A stretch of DNA of 63,024 nucleotides from a virus (taxonomy: Duplodnaviria > Caudoviricetes): positions 1 through 63,024 of the IMG/VR virus record IMGVR_UViG_3300045120_000291. One strand, 5' to 3'. Under the pieces are notes generated by a model that was not told where the DNA came from, did not search any database, and worked only from the letters and a program-made list of their open reading frames with translations. The position numbers and the translations under genes are program-made. Positions 7,819 to 16,643 of this stretch are shown here, one piece after another. How positions within the stretch are numbered: the stretch's first letter is position 1; each line of letters begins with the position of its first letter.

Positions 7819-8198
7819 TTTACGTTGCTTCCCGTGTAAAGCATGCGCCGATGTGGAAGGAACTGCGCGATCTCGGTTGCAAAATCGGTTCGATATGGAT
7901 CGACGAAGCGGGTGAAGGTGAGACCGGTGACTTCTCCGAGCTCTGGGATAGAATTCGGAACGAGATCAAGGGCAGTGACGCCTTGGTTCTCTATGTTGAG
8001 AAAGAGGACTTTCCTCTGAAGGGCGCATTGGTCGAATGTGGCATCGCTATGGCGTTTAGAGTTCCAATCTACATCTATACGAACGCAGTTATTGAGGGTA
8101 GGACCATGCGCCCGATAGGCTCGTGGTCATTGCACGAGAACGTCCGTTTCTGTGATTCATTGAAAGAGGCAATCGACCTCGCATCGGAGCTTGTATGA
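7815..8198 (+). CDS. Nucleoside 2-deoxyribosyltransferase-like / nucleotide N-hydrolase
   Basis: IYVAS, IKGSDALVLY and GALVECGIAMA pattern, including the catalytic-type Glu. Confidence 0.7.
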   Translation: MIYVASRVKHAPMWKELRDLGCKIGSIWIDEAGEGETGDFSELWDRIRNEIKGSDALVLYVEKEDFPLKGALVECGIAMAFRVPIYIYTNAVIEGRTMRPIGSWSLHENVRFCDSLKEAIDLASELV

Positions 8199-8836
8199 AT
8201 TACCTCGCTATCTGGATCGCAATCATCGTTGTCTGCCTGGTATTGCTCGCCTGCTCGGGCGGGGGCAATCACAAAACGAACCCTTCCGTTCCGCCACAGC
8301 AGACATCTGCCTGGCGCATCGGTCCCATCGCCAATGGCAAGAACTATTCTGAAGGCATGCCTGCATACCCAACGATAGAAGGTGCCGGCTGGGGCTTCGC
8401 CTTCCCCAGTCCCGGAGGCGGTGTCGACGCAGTAGAGAACCTGTCTCCCGAATCGCTGGTTGGCGTGAAGGCAATCACCGTGAAGTATTCCGTCACTGGT
8501 AGTGGCTTCTATGCCACGGGTGAGACCAATGTACCCGGGCGCGTAGGCTTCTGCATCCAGCGCCGAGGCGACAACTGGTCCGGTGCCGGGAAGTATCAGC
8601 AATATCGGCTCTATGGCACGGTGCGACCTTTACTGGTCCCGGGTGCGGGTCAGCAATTCACGGTCACTAGCTGGACGGATGTAAAGGGTCAGCCCGTTGA
8701 TCAAGTGGTGATCGATTCGGTGCTCAACGACCTCGGCAGCTACATGATCGTCTTCGGCGGGTCGTTCGCTAGCCACGGCGTCTATGCGACCCAACCCTCG
8801 ACCTTCCACTTCCTCGGAGAGGAGTTCGTGCGATGA
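8195..8836 (+). CDS. Putative lipoprotein
   Basis: Hydrophobic signal ending in lipobox LLAC, then an SGGG linker and a beta-rich domain. Confidence 0.7.
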   Translation: MNYLAIWIAIIVVCLVLLACSGGGNHKTNPSVPPQQTSAWRIGPIANGKNYSEGMPAYPTIEGAGWGFAFPSPGGGVDAVENLSPESLVGVKAITVKYSVTGSGFYATGETNVPGRVGFCIQRRGDNWSGAGKYQQYRLYGTVRPLLVPGAGQQFTVTSWTDVKGQPVDQVVIDSVLNDLGSYMIVFGGSFASHGVYATQPSTFHFLGEEFVR

Positions 8837-9213
8837 CCACAGTCACTCGAATGAAAATGTTGTCTGACGGTGCATTTCGGCTCAATGGGTGCCACCTTGC
8901 AGTCGGCGGGAAGGAGCTCATCATGTCGGTCAAGAATCGATTCACGAAAGAGCACATCTCGATGTCAGAAATCGCTTCTCTCGAAGTAGCTAGCGTCGAG
9001 AGCATCCACAGGTTCGGCGGAGCACTTACGCTCGGGATGGTCGGCGGGCTTGCGCTGGGTCCGGTAGGTCTGCTCGCTGGCCTTTTTACGGGTGGACGCG
9101 GACACGACACTACCTTCATCTGCAAGTTGAAAGATGGGCGCAGCTTCATGGCGACAACGTCGACTTCAGCTTACAATCAGATCCGTGGCGCGACCCTTGG
9201 AGTAGCTGCTTGA
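8833..9213 (+). CDS. Membrane protein with glycine zipper
   Basis: GGALTLGMVGGLALGPVGLLAGLFTGG. Confidence 0.65.
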   Translation: MTTVTRMKMLSDGAFRLNGCHLAVGGKELIMSVKNRFTKEHISMSEIASLEVASVESIHRFGGALTLGMVGGLALGPVGLLAGLFTGGRGHDTTFICKLKDGRSFMATTSTSAYNQIRGATLGVAA

Positions 9214-10262
9214 ACGAGAAGAAAGATTTGACCAAATTCGTCGTCACCAAGACGCATTCTGAAAATTTGGGTCGGTTCTTGGCCGATAATGGCGTGTCCC
9301 TTGCAATCACCTCTTATCAGTCCGGACGAGTGTATCTCGTTGGCTCTGACGAAGACCAGAATGTGACATTCTTCGAACGCATCTTCGAACGCGCGATGGG
9401 ATTGTACGCCGACAAGTGGCGCCTGATCTTGGGCGGATTGCACAACCTGATTCGTTTCGAGAACGTGTTAGGCTACGATCAAGTCATCCATGGAAAGTTC
9501 GACGCCTGCTACCTGCCTCGCAATACACAAACCACCGGCAATCTTGATATCCACGAACTCAATATGGATTATCAAGGTCGCATCATTTTTGTAAACACGA
9601 AGTATTCGTGTTTGGCGGAACTCAATATCAAGCACAGCTTCAAACCCATCTGGGTTCCGGATTTTATTAGTGAGCTGAAAGGGCAAGACCGTTGCCATTT
9701 GAATGGCATGGCAATGTTCGACGGTCGGCCAACATTCGTCACCGCCTGCGGCACAGGCAATGAAGCAGGGCAGTGGCGCGAACATCGCAGGAACGGCGGT
9801 GTGGTCATCGATATTCGTAACAACAAAATCGTATGTCGTGACTTGTCGATGCCTCATTCCCCTCGCGTTTACAATGAACGACTCTGGGTCTTGAACTCAG
9901 GCGAGGGTCAACTTGGCTACGTCAATCTCAAGGAGCGTGAATTTGTTCCTGTCCAGTTTTTCCCTGGATTCCTCCGTGGCTTCGATACGTTTAGCGATTA
10001 TGGAATCTTTGGGCTATCGAAGCCACGCGACGGTGTGTTCTCAGGGTTACACCTTCAGGATGAATTGGAGCATCGTGATGTTGAGGCTTGGTGCGGTGTT
10101 CAGATCTTCGACATGAAGAATGGTGAACTGTTGCACTGGATCAAGTTCGAAGGAGACGTCAGTGAAATCTTCGACGTTAAGTTTATTCCAGGCGTCAAGA
10201 ACCCAATGATGGTCGGGCAACGTACTCCTGAGATTCGCGACCTGATTACTATCGAAAAATGA
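9210..10262 (+). CDS. TIGR03032/DUF4915-like beta-propeller protein
   Basis: SLAITSYQSG, TGNLDIHE, VNTKYSCL, DRCHLNG, LSMPHSPR and PGFLRG motifs. Confidence 0.85.
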   Translation: MNEKKDLTKFVVTKTHSENLGRFLADNGVSLAITSYQSGRVYLVGSDEDQNVTFFERIFERAMGLYADKWRLILGGLHNLIRFENVLGYDQVIHGKFDACYLPRNTQTTGNLDIHELNMDYQGRIIFVNTKYSCLAELNIKHSFKPIWVPDFISELKGQDRCHLNGMAMFDGRPTFVTACGTGNEAGQWREHRRNGGVVIDIRNNKIVCRDLSMPHSPRVYNERLWVLNSGEGQLGYVNLKEREFVPVQFFPGFLRGFDTFSDYGIFGLSKPRDGVFSGLHLQDELEHRDVEAWCGVQIFDMKNGELLHWIKFEGDVSEIFDVKFIPGVKNPMMVGQRTPEIRDLITIEK

Positions 10263-10567
10263 GAGACCCAGACGCCAGAGAAATCTCACCTGAACTTTGG
10301 GCCTCCTTACATGCTCGAACGGGGAAGTCTATTGTTCCAGCAATCGTTATCATTGGACCATCTCTCAACAAGAGCGATTGGTTCTATAAGCGGTTCCTAG
10401 AGGCTGCTCAGGGGCAAGGTCACGAGGTGATCCAGCATGTTCCAGATTGGACTGGGTTGAAAGCGCCGAAAATGGAATTTGCGATAATCGATGAGCTCTC
10501 TACATGGTTTCCTCGAGTTGTGAAACGCTGGCGCGGAAAGAAGTTTGTCATCCGGAGAACACTGTGA
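10259..10567 (+). CDS. Hypothetical protein
   Basis: ATGA overlap with the upstream gene. Confidence 0.55.
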   Translation: MRDPDAREISPELWASLHARTGKSIVPAIVIIGPSLNKSDWFYKRFLEAAQGQGHEVIQHVPDWTGLKAPKMEFAIIDELSTWFPRVVKRWRGKKFVIRRTL

Positions 10568-10743
10568 AGCAGTTAGTCGAATTTGAATTCGAGTTTCAGC
10601 AAGAAGTGACTATTAAGCAAATCGAGACCAAGGGTCATGTGATCGCTCGAATGCAGGACAGCACAGGCATTCAGTATCACATTGCTTATTGGAACAATGG
10701 CGAACGTAAGACCGAATGGATGTATCGGTGGGAGTTGAAATGA
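10564..10743 (+). CDS. Hypothetical small beta-barrel-like protein
   Basis: GTGA overlap; GGAG SD. Confidence 0.5.
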   Translation: MKQLVEFEFEFQQEVTIKQIETKGHVIARMQDSTGIQYHIAYWNNGERKTEWMYRWELK

Positions 10744-11006
10744 TCAAGCACCCTCATTACTACAAGCGCGTCGAAGGTCTGACGCACATCGATGTCTATC
10801 GCGTCCTCCTGCTGTTCGGTGTCGTTGACCCCTGCATCCAGCATGCTGTCAAGAAGTTACTGGTGGCCGGTGGTCGCGGGGCAGGGAAGAACATCGAGCG
10901 CGATGTCAACGAAGCCATCGACTCCTTGAACCGCTACCTTCAAATCCAGGCAGAGAACTGCAATATCCCACCAGAAGTCGTTGCAATCGAGTCTGGACAG
11001 CAGTAA
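10740..11006 (+). CDS. Conserved phage protein (DUF3310-like)
   Basis: HPHYY...IDVYRVL..F...DP.IQHAVKKLL..G.RG. Confidence 0.65.
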   Translation: MIKHPHYYKRVEGLTHIDVYRVLLLFGVVDPCIQHAVKKLLVAGGRGAGKNIERDVNEAIDSLNRYLQIQAENCNIPPEVVAIESGQQ

Positions 11007-11036
11007 CATAGCATTGAACCTTAACAGGAGACCCAA

Positions 11037-11237
11037 ATGAGCCAGAAGCCGCCGAAGCCCCATGTGGTCAAGGTCTACGGTTATAAAGACGTAACTGATA
11101 CCGACGGACTCACTCGGCAACTGGTAAAGATGGGTCACTTTGAATTTCCGAGCAAGTGTGCGGCGGAGAAGTTTGCCTCCGAGCAGCGCAAGAAGCCTGA
11201 AGTTTCGAGTGCTGTGCTAGTTCCACAAGAAGCTTGA
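11037..11237 (+). CDS. Hypothetical protein
   Basis: AGGAG SD. Confidence 0.6.
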   Translation: MSQKPPKPHVVKVYGYKDVTDTDGLTRQLVKMGHFEFPSKCAAEKFASEQRKKPEVSSAVLVPQEA

Positions 11238-11369
11238 TACGGCTACAACGCGCTACAGGCGAGCGTCCGCTGTAGCGCCGCTACCCTACCGGGTACAGGT
11301 GCGCGCGTATAGGTGCGCAGCGCTGCAACCCTACAGCAGCATTCAAATGGACTCAGTAACGGGGTTACA

Positions 11370-11816
11370 ATGGGCATAAATATCCGGCAAAAGGGGCAAG
11401 GCGGGGAAAGAGAAGTTGCCGATGCCATGAACAGCATTGTCAACGATGTCTATCAAAAGTACGGCCGTCCTCTTCCGGAAAAGCCCGTTGTTCAACGAAA
11501 TCAGAATCAATCTGCTGTAGGCGGCTCTGACCTGAAGAACCCTTTCAGGGTTGCAATCGAAATCAAGAGACAGGAGACACTCTCCATTAATACATGGTGG
11601 ACGCAATGCTGCAAATCAGCAAAGGAATGCAATGAAACCCCTGTCCTTATTTTCAGACAGAATGGGAAGAAATGGCGTGTCATAATGAATGCTGAGATCC
11701 CGATTGTCAAGCATATGGCAGGTCTGCAGGCGCGAGTGGAGATCGATTGGAACACGTTCCTCCAGTGGTTCTATTGGATAGTTGACAGGGCGGTTCATGC
11801 GGAGGAGTTCCCATGA
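11370..11816 (+). CDS. Holliday junction resolvase (PD-(D/E)xK)
   Basis: RQKG..GERE, GGSDL and IEIKR motifs. Confidence 0.8.
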   Translation: MGINIRQKGQGGEREVADAMNSIVNDVYQKYGRPLPEKPVVQRNQNQSAVGGSDLKNPFRVAIEIKRQETLSINTWWTQCCKSAKECNETPVLIFRQNGKKWRVIMNAEIPIVKHMAGLQARVEIDWNTFLQWFYWIVDRAVHAEEFP

Positions 11817-12043
11817 CAAAGACTGAAGTGCTACAATTGATTTCTCGTGAGCAGTTTAATCAGGCTGCTAACACGAAAAAATTGAACGGCCTACAAGAGG
11901 TTTATACTGCGGCAGCGATGATGAACGACCGTACCCGGTGCAATGAAATCGCAGAACACCTTCATAATGTCTTGGACTTGCAGCTCGATAGCATTCGACA
12001 TATGAGTTACCTCCAGAGCGCTTACATCGACGCTGCACCATAA
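11813..12043 (+). CDS. Hypothetical helical protein
   Basis: GGAGGAG SD; ATGA overlap. Confidence 0.6.
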   Translation: MTKTEVLQLISREQFNQAANTKKLNGLQEVYTAAAMMNDRTRCNEIAEHLHNVLDLQLDSIRHMSYLQSAYIDAAP

Positions 12044-12121
12044 ACGCGCCACTAGCTTTTCTCCCCTGTTAGTGTTAGTATCGCGAGAACGCGCATACCG
12101 ACACTTAAAGGGTCTCTTCCG

Positions 12122-12874
12122 ATGGACTGGCCGACTGCCGAATACGCAGCGAAAGTGTTCACAGTAATCGGTGGAGCTGTCGCTATCGCATATTCTGGAA
12201 TTAAACACGTCTGGCCTTGCGGAAAGCGCTGCGCTCACGTCACCAAATGCGCCTGGAATCGAGTTAAGATAGTTTGGGCGGCTTTTGAAGACCTGCCGAC
12301 GACTCAAGGTCTGGTTGCTGAACAAGCTCTCGCCATTACCAATCTCAGAGCAATGGCTGTCCGTTGCAATGAAGCTGTGATAACAGATACTCCTGGATCA
12401 TTAAAGCATCAGATTAGTATGCTGTATGATCAAGGTGAAAGTCGTGGACTAATCCTAGTTGAGCAAGGCGAACAGCTCGGAAAGCTAGACAAGAAAGTTG
12501 CGGTCATTGGTAACATCCAGAGGGCGATGTTAAGCACGAACCCTCACATGGCAACTTTCGAGGCAGACTCGCAGGGCTTGTGGGCGCATGCCAACCGCAC
12601 ATATTTCAAGTGGAGTGGGCAGCAAGTATTAGATGCCCGCCGCTGGGGGTGGCTGAATGCTGTTCACCCAGAAGATCGAATTCGGGTACGTCGTGAGTGG
12701 GAGTCTTGCATTAGTGACACTCGCCGCTTTGAAATGCGGTATAGAATGATAAACATCACGACAAATATCACTTTTTTGGTTGACTGCGAAGCAGATCCGA
12801 TCCCGGAAGGAATGACCCCTCCGGATCGTTGGTTCGGTACGATAAATCAAGTTCAGACCGGAGACGTACATTGA
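12122..12874 (+). CDS. Membrane-anchored PAS-domain protein, first gene of the lysis cassette
   Basis: N-terminal hydrophobic helix and coiled coil, then a PAS fold: FEADSQG...ANRTY..WSG, GWLNAVHPEDR..V...W, FEMRYRM, WFGT. Confidence 0.8.
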   Translation: MDWPTAEYAAKVFTVIGGAVAIAYSGIKHVWPCGKRCAHVTKCAWNRVKIVWAAFEDLPTTQGLVAEQALAITNLRAMAVRCNEAVITDTPGSLKHQISMLYDQGESRGLILVEQGEQLGKLDKKVAVIGNIQRAMLSTNPHMATFEADSQGLWAHANRTYFKWSGQQVLDARRWGWLNAVHPEDRIRVRREWESCISDTRRFEMRYRMINITTNITFLVDCEADPIPEGMTPPDRWFGTINQVQTGDVH

Positions 12875-13437
12875 ACACTCCAATCCTTTCGTCAGACCAG
12901 CCAGCCACAACGCAGAAACCGAAATCAAAGAAAGGTCCAGCTATTGGTATCGGTTTGATCGTCGCTGCAATTTTGACCACATTGCTGCCTGACGAGGGTC
13001 GCAAGCTCACACCCTACCGCGACAGCGCAGGCATCTGGACCGTCTGCATGGGCATCACCGGGCCGGACGTATGGCGCCATAAAGGCTTCCCATTCACCGA
13101 AGACGAATGCAAGCAGATGGAGTCCGGATACGTTGCAAAAATGGTTCGGCAGATGGAACCGTGCCTGACCCAGGACGCAGTCGACTCTATGACTGTTCAG
13201 GAATGGGTTGCCTACGGTCACTTCGGTTACAATGTTGGCACTCCTGCATTCTGCCGGTCCACAATCGTCGCACACCTCAATGCTGGAAATCATGAGGGTG
13301 CCTGTAAAGCCATGTCGCGATGGGTATTCATCACCGTACACGGTAAGGCGGTGAACTGCCGGCAAGCCGGCCACCTATGCCCAGGGATTGTCAAACGCCG
13401 CGACAAAGAAGTTCAGATGTGTCTAGACGCCTTGTAG
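12871..13437 (+). CDS. SAR endolysin (GH24 lysozyme)
   Basis: TTG start overlapping the PAS gene stop, with GGAG SD. Lys-preceded Gly/Ala-rich TM, then an E-x8-D-x5-T triad (DEG...YRDSAGIWTVC); FGYNVG and GIVKRR motifs. Confidence 0.9.
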   Translation: MNTPILSSDQPATTQKPKSKKGPAIGIGLIVAAILTTLLPDEGRKLTPYRDSAGIWTVCMGITGPDVWRHKGFPFTEDECKQMESGYVAKMVRQMEPCLTQDAVDSMTVQEWVAYGHFGYNVGTPAFCRSTIVAHLNAGNHEGACKAMSRWVFITVHGKAVNCRQAGHLCPGIVKRRDKEVQMCLDAL

Positions 13438-13446
13438 GGGAATGCC

Positions 13447-13827
13447 ATGAGTTATGCTGATTGGGCTTTGAATTTTCTGCTTCGGATTTTTGCTGTTCCG
13501 GAGTTGTCCGCTATCCTGACTGCAATCGCAGCAGGTCTCGCAATGACTTTCCTTTCGCAGTTGGCCATGCCTGGCAGACTGGAAGTCCTCAGTGCGAAGC
13601 GATACGGTCGGGTGATCATCTTCTTCGTTGTGATCGCGGTCGCTGTGTTCATGCGCCCGACGCCACGAGTCGCTCTCTGGGCATTCACGGTGGCCGTGTT
13701 CCTTCCGAATTTCTATGAATGGCTGCAAGGTCTCTTGTTCGAGCGCTACCCTTGGCTCAAACCGAAGGCCCTACAGACGGACGCGGAACAGGTGCAGCGT
13801 CAGCTCGACAAGGCCAATAGCCAGTAG
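13447..13827 (+). CDS. Putative holin/pinholin
   Basis: Three to four hydrophobic segments and a charged C-terminus; lies between endolysin and spanins. Confidence 0.65.
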   Translation: MSYADWALNFLLRIFAVPELSAILTAIAAGLAMTFLSQLAMPGRLEVLSAKRYGRVIIFFVVIAVAVFMRPTPRVALWAFTVAVFLPNFYEWLQGLLFERYPWLKPKALQTDAEQVQRQLDKANSQ

Positions 13828-13835
13828 AGGGCTTT

Positions 13836-14231
13836 ATGTTCAAGGAATATAAACAGATTATTGAATTGATCCTCACAGTTATCCTTGCGATCCTGATTGG
13901 TTGGGCAATCTACACTGTCTGGAGCTGGCACAATGCAGCCCTCGTCAATGCGGCCACTGTCCAACAGCAGGCCGCGACAGGAGAAGCTGCGGGCGAAGTC
14001 GTTGTCGGTTTGAAATCGGCAACGGCTGACACTGCTAAGACGGAAGAAACCGTCAGACAAGCCAGGAGTAGTTATGCGACACAATATGCGAAGGTACTGT
14101 CTACTGATGCGTCTGCTGCTTCTTGGAATGACGCTCATGTTCCTGTCAGCTTGCGCGACACGGCCCGTGCGCGTCGAACAGCACGCGACGGACCTGCAGA
14201 TCCTTCAGCTGGGAGTTCACGCTCTCACTGA
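13836..14231 (+). CDS. Rz-like i-spanin
   Basis: N-terminal TM followed by an Ala-rich helical region. Confidence 0.75.
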   Translation: MFKEYKQIIELILTVILAILIGWAIYTVWSWHNAALVNAATVQQQAATGEAAGEVVVGLKSATADTAKTEETVRQARSSYATQYAKVLSTDASAASWNDAHVPVSLRDTARARRTARDGPADPSAGSSRSH

Positions 14232-14475
14232 GCCCCGTTCGGTCTCTGGGGAAATCCAGCACCCGGATGAAGCAGTGACAAATGGGCAGTTGATGGGAGT
14301 CGCCCTGGACCTGGACGACGCACTGTGGTTATCGAATCAGGACAAGGTTCGCTTGCGGACTTTTGTCGACTCGAGTCTTCTTGTCATCGCAAAGGCGCAG
14401 ATGCCACCTTGCCATTGGTATCAATTTATCTGCAAGCACGATCAGAAGAAGGCGTTATCCCCTTTGCAACCCTGA
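14107..14475 (+). CDS. Rz1-like o-spanin (lipoprotein)
   Basis: MRLLLLGMTLMFLSAC lipobox; overlaps the i-spanin in another frame. Confidence 0.75.
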   Translation: MRLLLLGMTLMFLSACATRPVRVEQHATDLQILQLGVHALTEPRSVSGEIQHPDEAVTNGQLMGVALDLDDALWLSNQDKVRLRTFVDSSLLVIAKAQMPPCHWYQFICKHDQKKALSPLQP

Positions 14476-14495
14476 TGATTTTATGCTGACATCTA

Positions 14496-14524
14496 TTGCA
14501 TACTGTCCCGATCCCGCTTATACT
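14496..14524 (+). promoter_or_regulatory. Sigma70-type promoter upstream of terminase
   Basis: TTGCAT-N17-TATACT. Confidence 0.6.
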
Positions 14525-14559
14525 CGGGTCGCTGGCGGGGTTATCTGAAGGAGTAAACC

Positions 14560-15066
14560 GTGGCTCAGTTCTGGACGGAAGATGCATTGGCGCCTCAGTT
14601 GTCTGAAGGCGAGAAGCAGCTTCGTGACCGTTTTGTGAACGAGTATATGGTTGATTTTGACCAGAAAGCTGCTGCTATCCGCGTCGGCTTTCTACCTTCG
14701 TTCGCAGAGCAGTACGCCTCGGTTTTCATGCAGGAGTCCTATGTCCAGCAGAAGATTGCTGAGAAGCAGAAGGAATCTGCGACCGACGAAAAAGTCGAAT
14801 CTGAGGAAACGAAGCGCCGTATTCGTGCCGCCCTTCTGCGCGAGTCCAACTATCGTGGCCCGGGTTCTTCCCACGCTGCGCGTGTTGGCGCTTTAGGTAA
14901 GTTGACCCAGATTTACGGCATGGAAGCTCCGATCAAGACGCTGCAAGAATTGACGCACAAGGGTGGCGTCATGATGGTCCCGGCGATTGCCAGCATCGAG
15001 GATTGGGAAAAGGCTGCGCAGCTCATCCAAGAGAAGCTTCGTCGAGATAGTGAAGTCAGTGGCTAA
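14560..15066 (+). CDS. terS: Terminase small subunit
   Basis: RFVNEYMVDFDQKAAAIRVGF HTH motif; AAGGAG SD; directly upstream of terL. Confidence 0.85.
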   Translation: MAQFWTEDALAPQLSEGEKQLRDRFVNEYMVDFDQKAAAIRVGFLPSFAEQYASVFMQESYVQQKIAEKQKESATDEKVESEETKRRIRAALLRESNYRGPGSSHAARVGALGKLTQIYGMEAPIKTLQELTHKGGVMMVPAIASIEDWEKAAQLIQEKLRRDSEVSG

Positions 15067-16634
15067 TGAATGCCGTCCTTGCGCCGAATGAGCGGGTTGT
15101 CTGGCAACCTCTACCAGGCTCGCAGACATTAGCTTTATCATGCCCCGCGCATATCATAGTCTATCATGGTACGCGGGGTCCAGGTAAAACAGATTCACAG
15201 TTGATGCGCTTTAGGCGCCGCGTCGGTCAAGGTTACGGCAGGCACTGGCGCGGCGTCATTTTTGACCGTGAATACAAGAACCTAGATGATTTGGTCTCCA
15301 AGTCGATGCGTTGGTTTCCTGAGTTTAAGGACGGCGCGCGCTTCCTGAGTTCCAAATCTGATTATCGTTGGGTCTGGCCTACAGGCGAAGAGCTGCTGTT
15401 CCGCGCTGTCCGTCGTGATACCGATTACTGGGGATATCACGGGCAGGAGTTTCCATTCATTGGGTGGAATGAGCTCACCAAATACCCGAACGATAATCTG
15501 TTCGACATGATGATGTCTTGCAATCGATCTTCGTTCCGCCCAGAAGACTTCCCATTGTGGAATGCTGAAGGCAGCGAGATCATTGGCTTCTTACCTGAAA
15601 TTCCTCTTGAAGTCTTTTGCACCTGTAACCCGTTCGGCGTTGGACACAACTGGGTCAAGAAGCGCTTCATTGACAAGTCGCCAATGGGTAAGCTCTTCCA
15701 GAATGTGATCAACGTCTTTAACCCGCGCACACAGCGCAGAGAAGACATCACTAAGACACAAGTCCATCTCTTTGGCAGCTACCGCGAGAACAAATACCTG
15801 AGCCCGGAGTATGTCGCCGAGCTCGAAATGATCACGGACCCGAACAAGCGGAAAGCCTGGCTGGGCGGGAGCTGGGATGTGGTCAGCGGCGGTATGTTCG
15901 ACGATGTGTGGGATTCGCAGACGCACGTCATCTCCCCTTTCATCATCCCACACAGCTGGCGCATCGATCGCTCCTTCGACTATGGTTCTTCCAAACCTTT
16001 TTCCGTTGGCTGGTGGGCAGAATCTGATGGTTGCGATGTTCAACTCGCGAATGGCAAGTGGATGAGCACTGTAAAAGGTGACCTTTTCCGCATCGCAGAA
16101 TGGTACGGATGGAACGGCAAGGCTAATCAAGGCCTTCGGATGCTTGCAAATGAAATTGCAACGGGTATAATTGAGCGCGAGATCAACATGGGGATTCACT
16201 CCCGTGTAAAACCTGGACCAGCGGATAATTCCATTTACAATGTCGACAACGGAAACAGCGTTGGCGCTGATATGGCAAAACCTGTCAAGGTTCATGGGAA
16301 GGTTTATCGAGGGGTAGAGTGGAACAGATCCGATAAGAATCCAGGTAGTCGCATCGCAGGATGGGAAAAAATGCGATGGTACTTCGACGGTGCAAAGACG
16401 AAGTATTTCCTGGATAAGAATGGGGATAAGATTCCTATACCTCGCGAACGCCCTGGATTGTTCATCTTCAATACTTGTCGCTGCTGCATAGATCAGATTC
16501 CTGGATTAGCGCGTGACGAAGTTGAAGTTGATGATGTGGATACGGAATCCGAGGATCATATCGGAGACGAAATGCGTTATCGCGTCCTAGCTTCGAACAT
16601 GGGCGCCCGTGGCGGTCGAACTTCAGGTATTTAA
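15066..16634 (+). CDS. terL: Terminase large subunit
   Basis: GTRGPGKT Walker A, FIGWNELT Walker B variant, TCNP, FDYG nuclease motif, EDHIGDEMRY. Confidence 0.95.
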   Translation: MNAVLAPNERVVWQPLPGSQTLALSCPAHIIVYHGTRGPGKTDSQLMRFRRRVGQGYGRHWRGVIFDREYKNLDDLVSKSMRWFPEFKDGARFLSSKSDYRWVWPTGEELLFRAVRRDTDYWGYHGQEFPFIGWNELTKYPNDNLFDMMMSCNRSSFRPEDFPLWNAEGSEIIGFLPEIPLEVFCTCNPFGVGHNWVKKRFIDKSPMGKLFQNVINVFNPRTQRREDITKTQVHLFGSYRENKYLSPEYVAELEMITDPNKRKAWLGGSWDVVSGGMFDDVWDSQTHVISPFIIPHSWRIDRSFDYGSSKPFSVGWWAESDGCDVQLANGKWMSTVKGDLFRIAEWYGWNGKANQGLRMLANEIATGIIEREINMGIHSRVKPGPADNSIYNVDNGNSVGADMAKPVKVHGKVYRGVEWNRSDKNPGSRIAGWEKMRWYFDGAKTKYFLDKNGDKIPIPRERPGLFIFNTCRCCIDQIPGLARDEVEVDDVDTESEDHIGDEMRYRVLASNMGARGGRTSGI

Positions 16635-16643
16635 GGAACGGAC

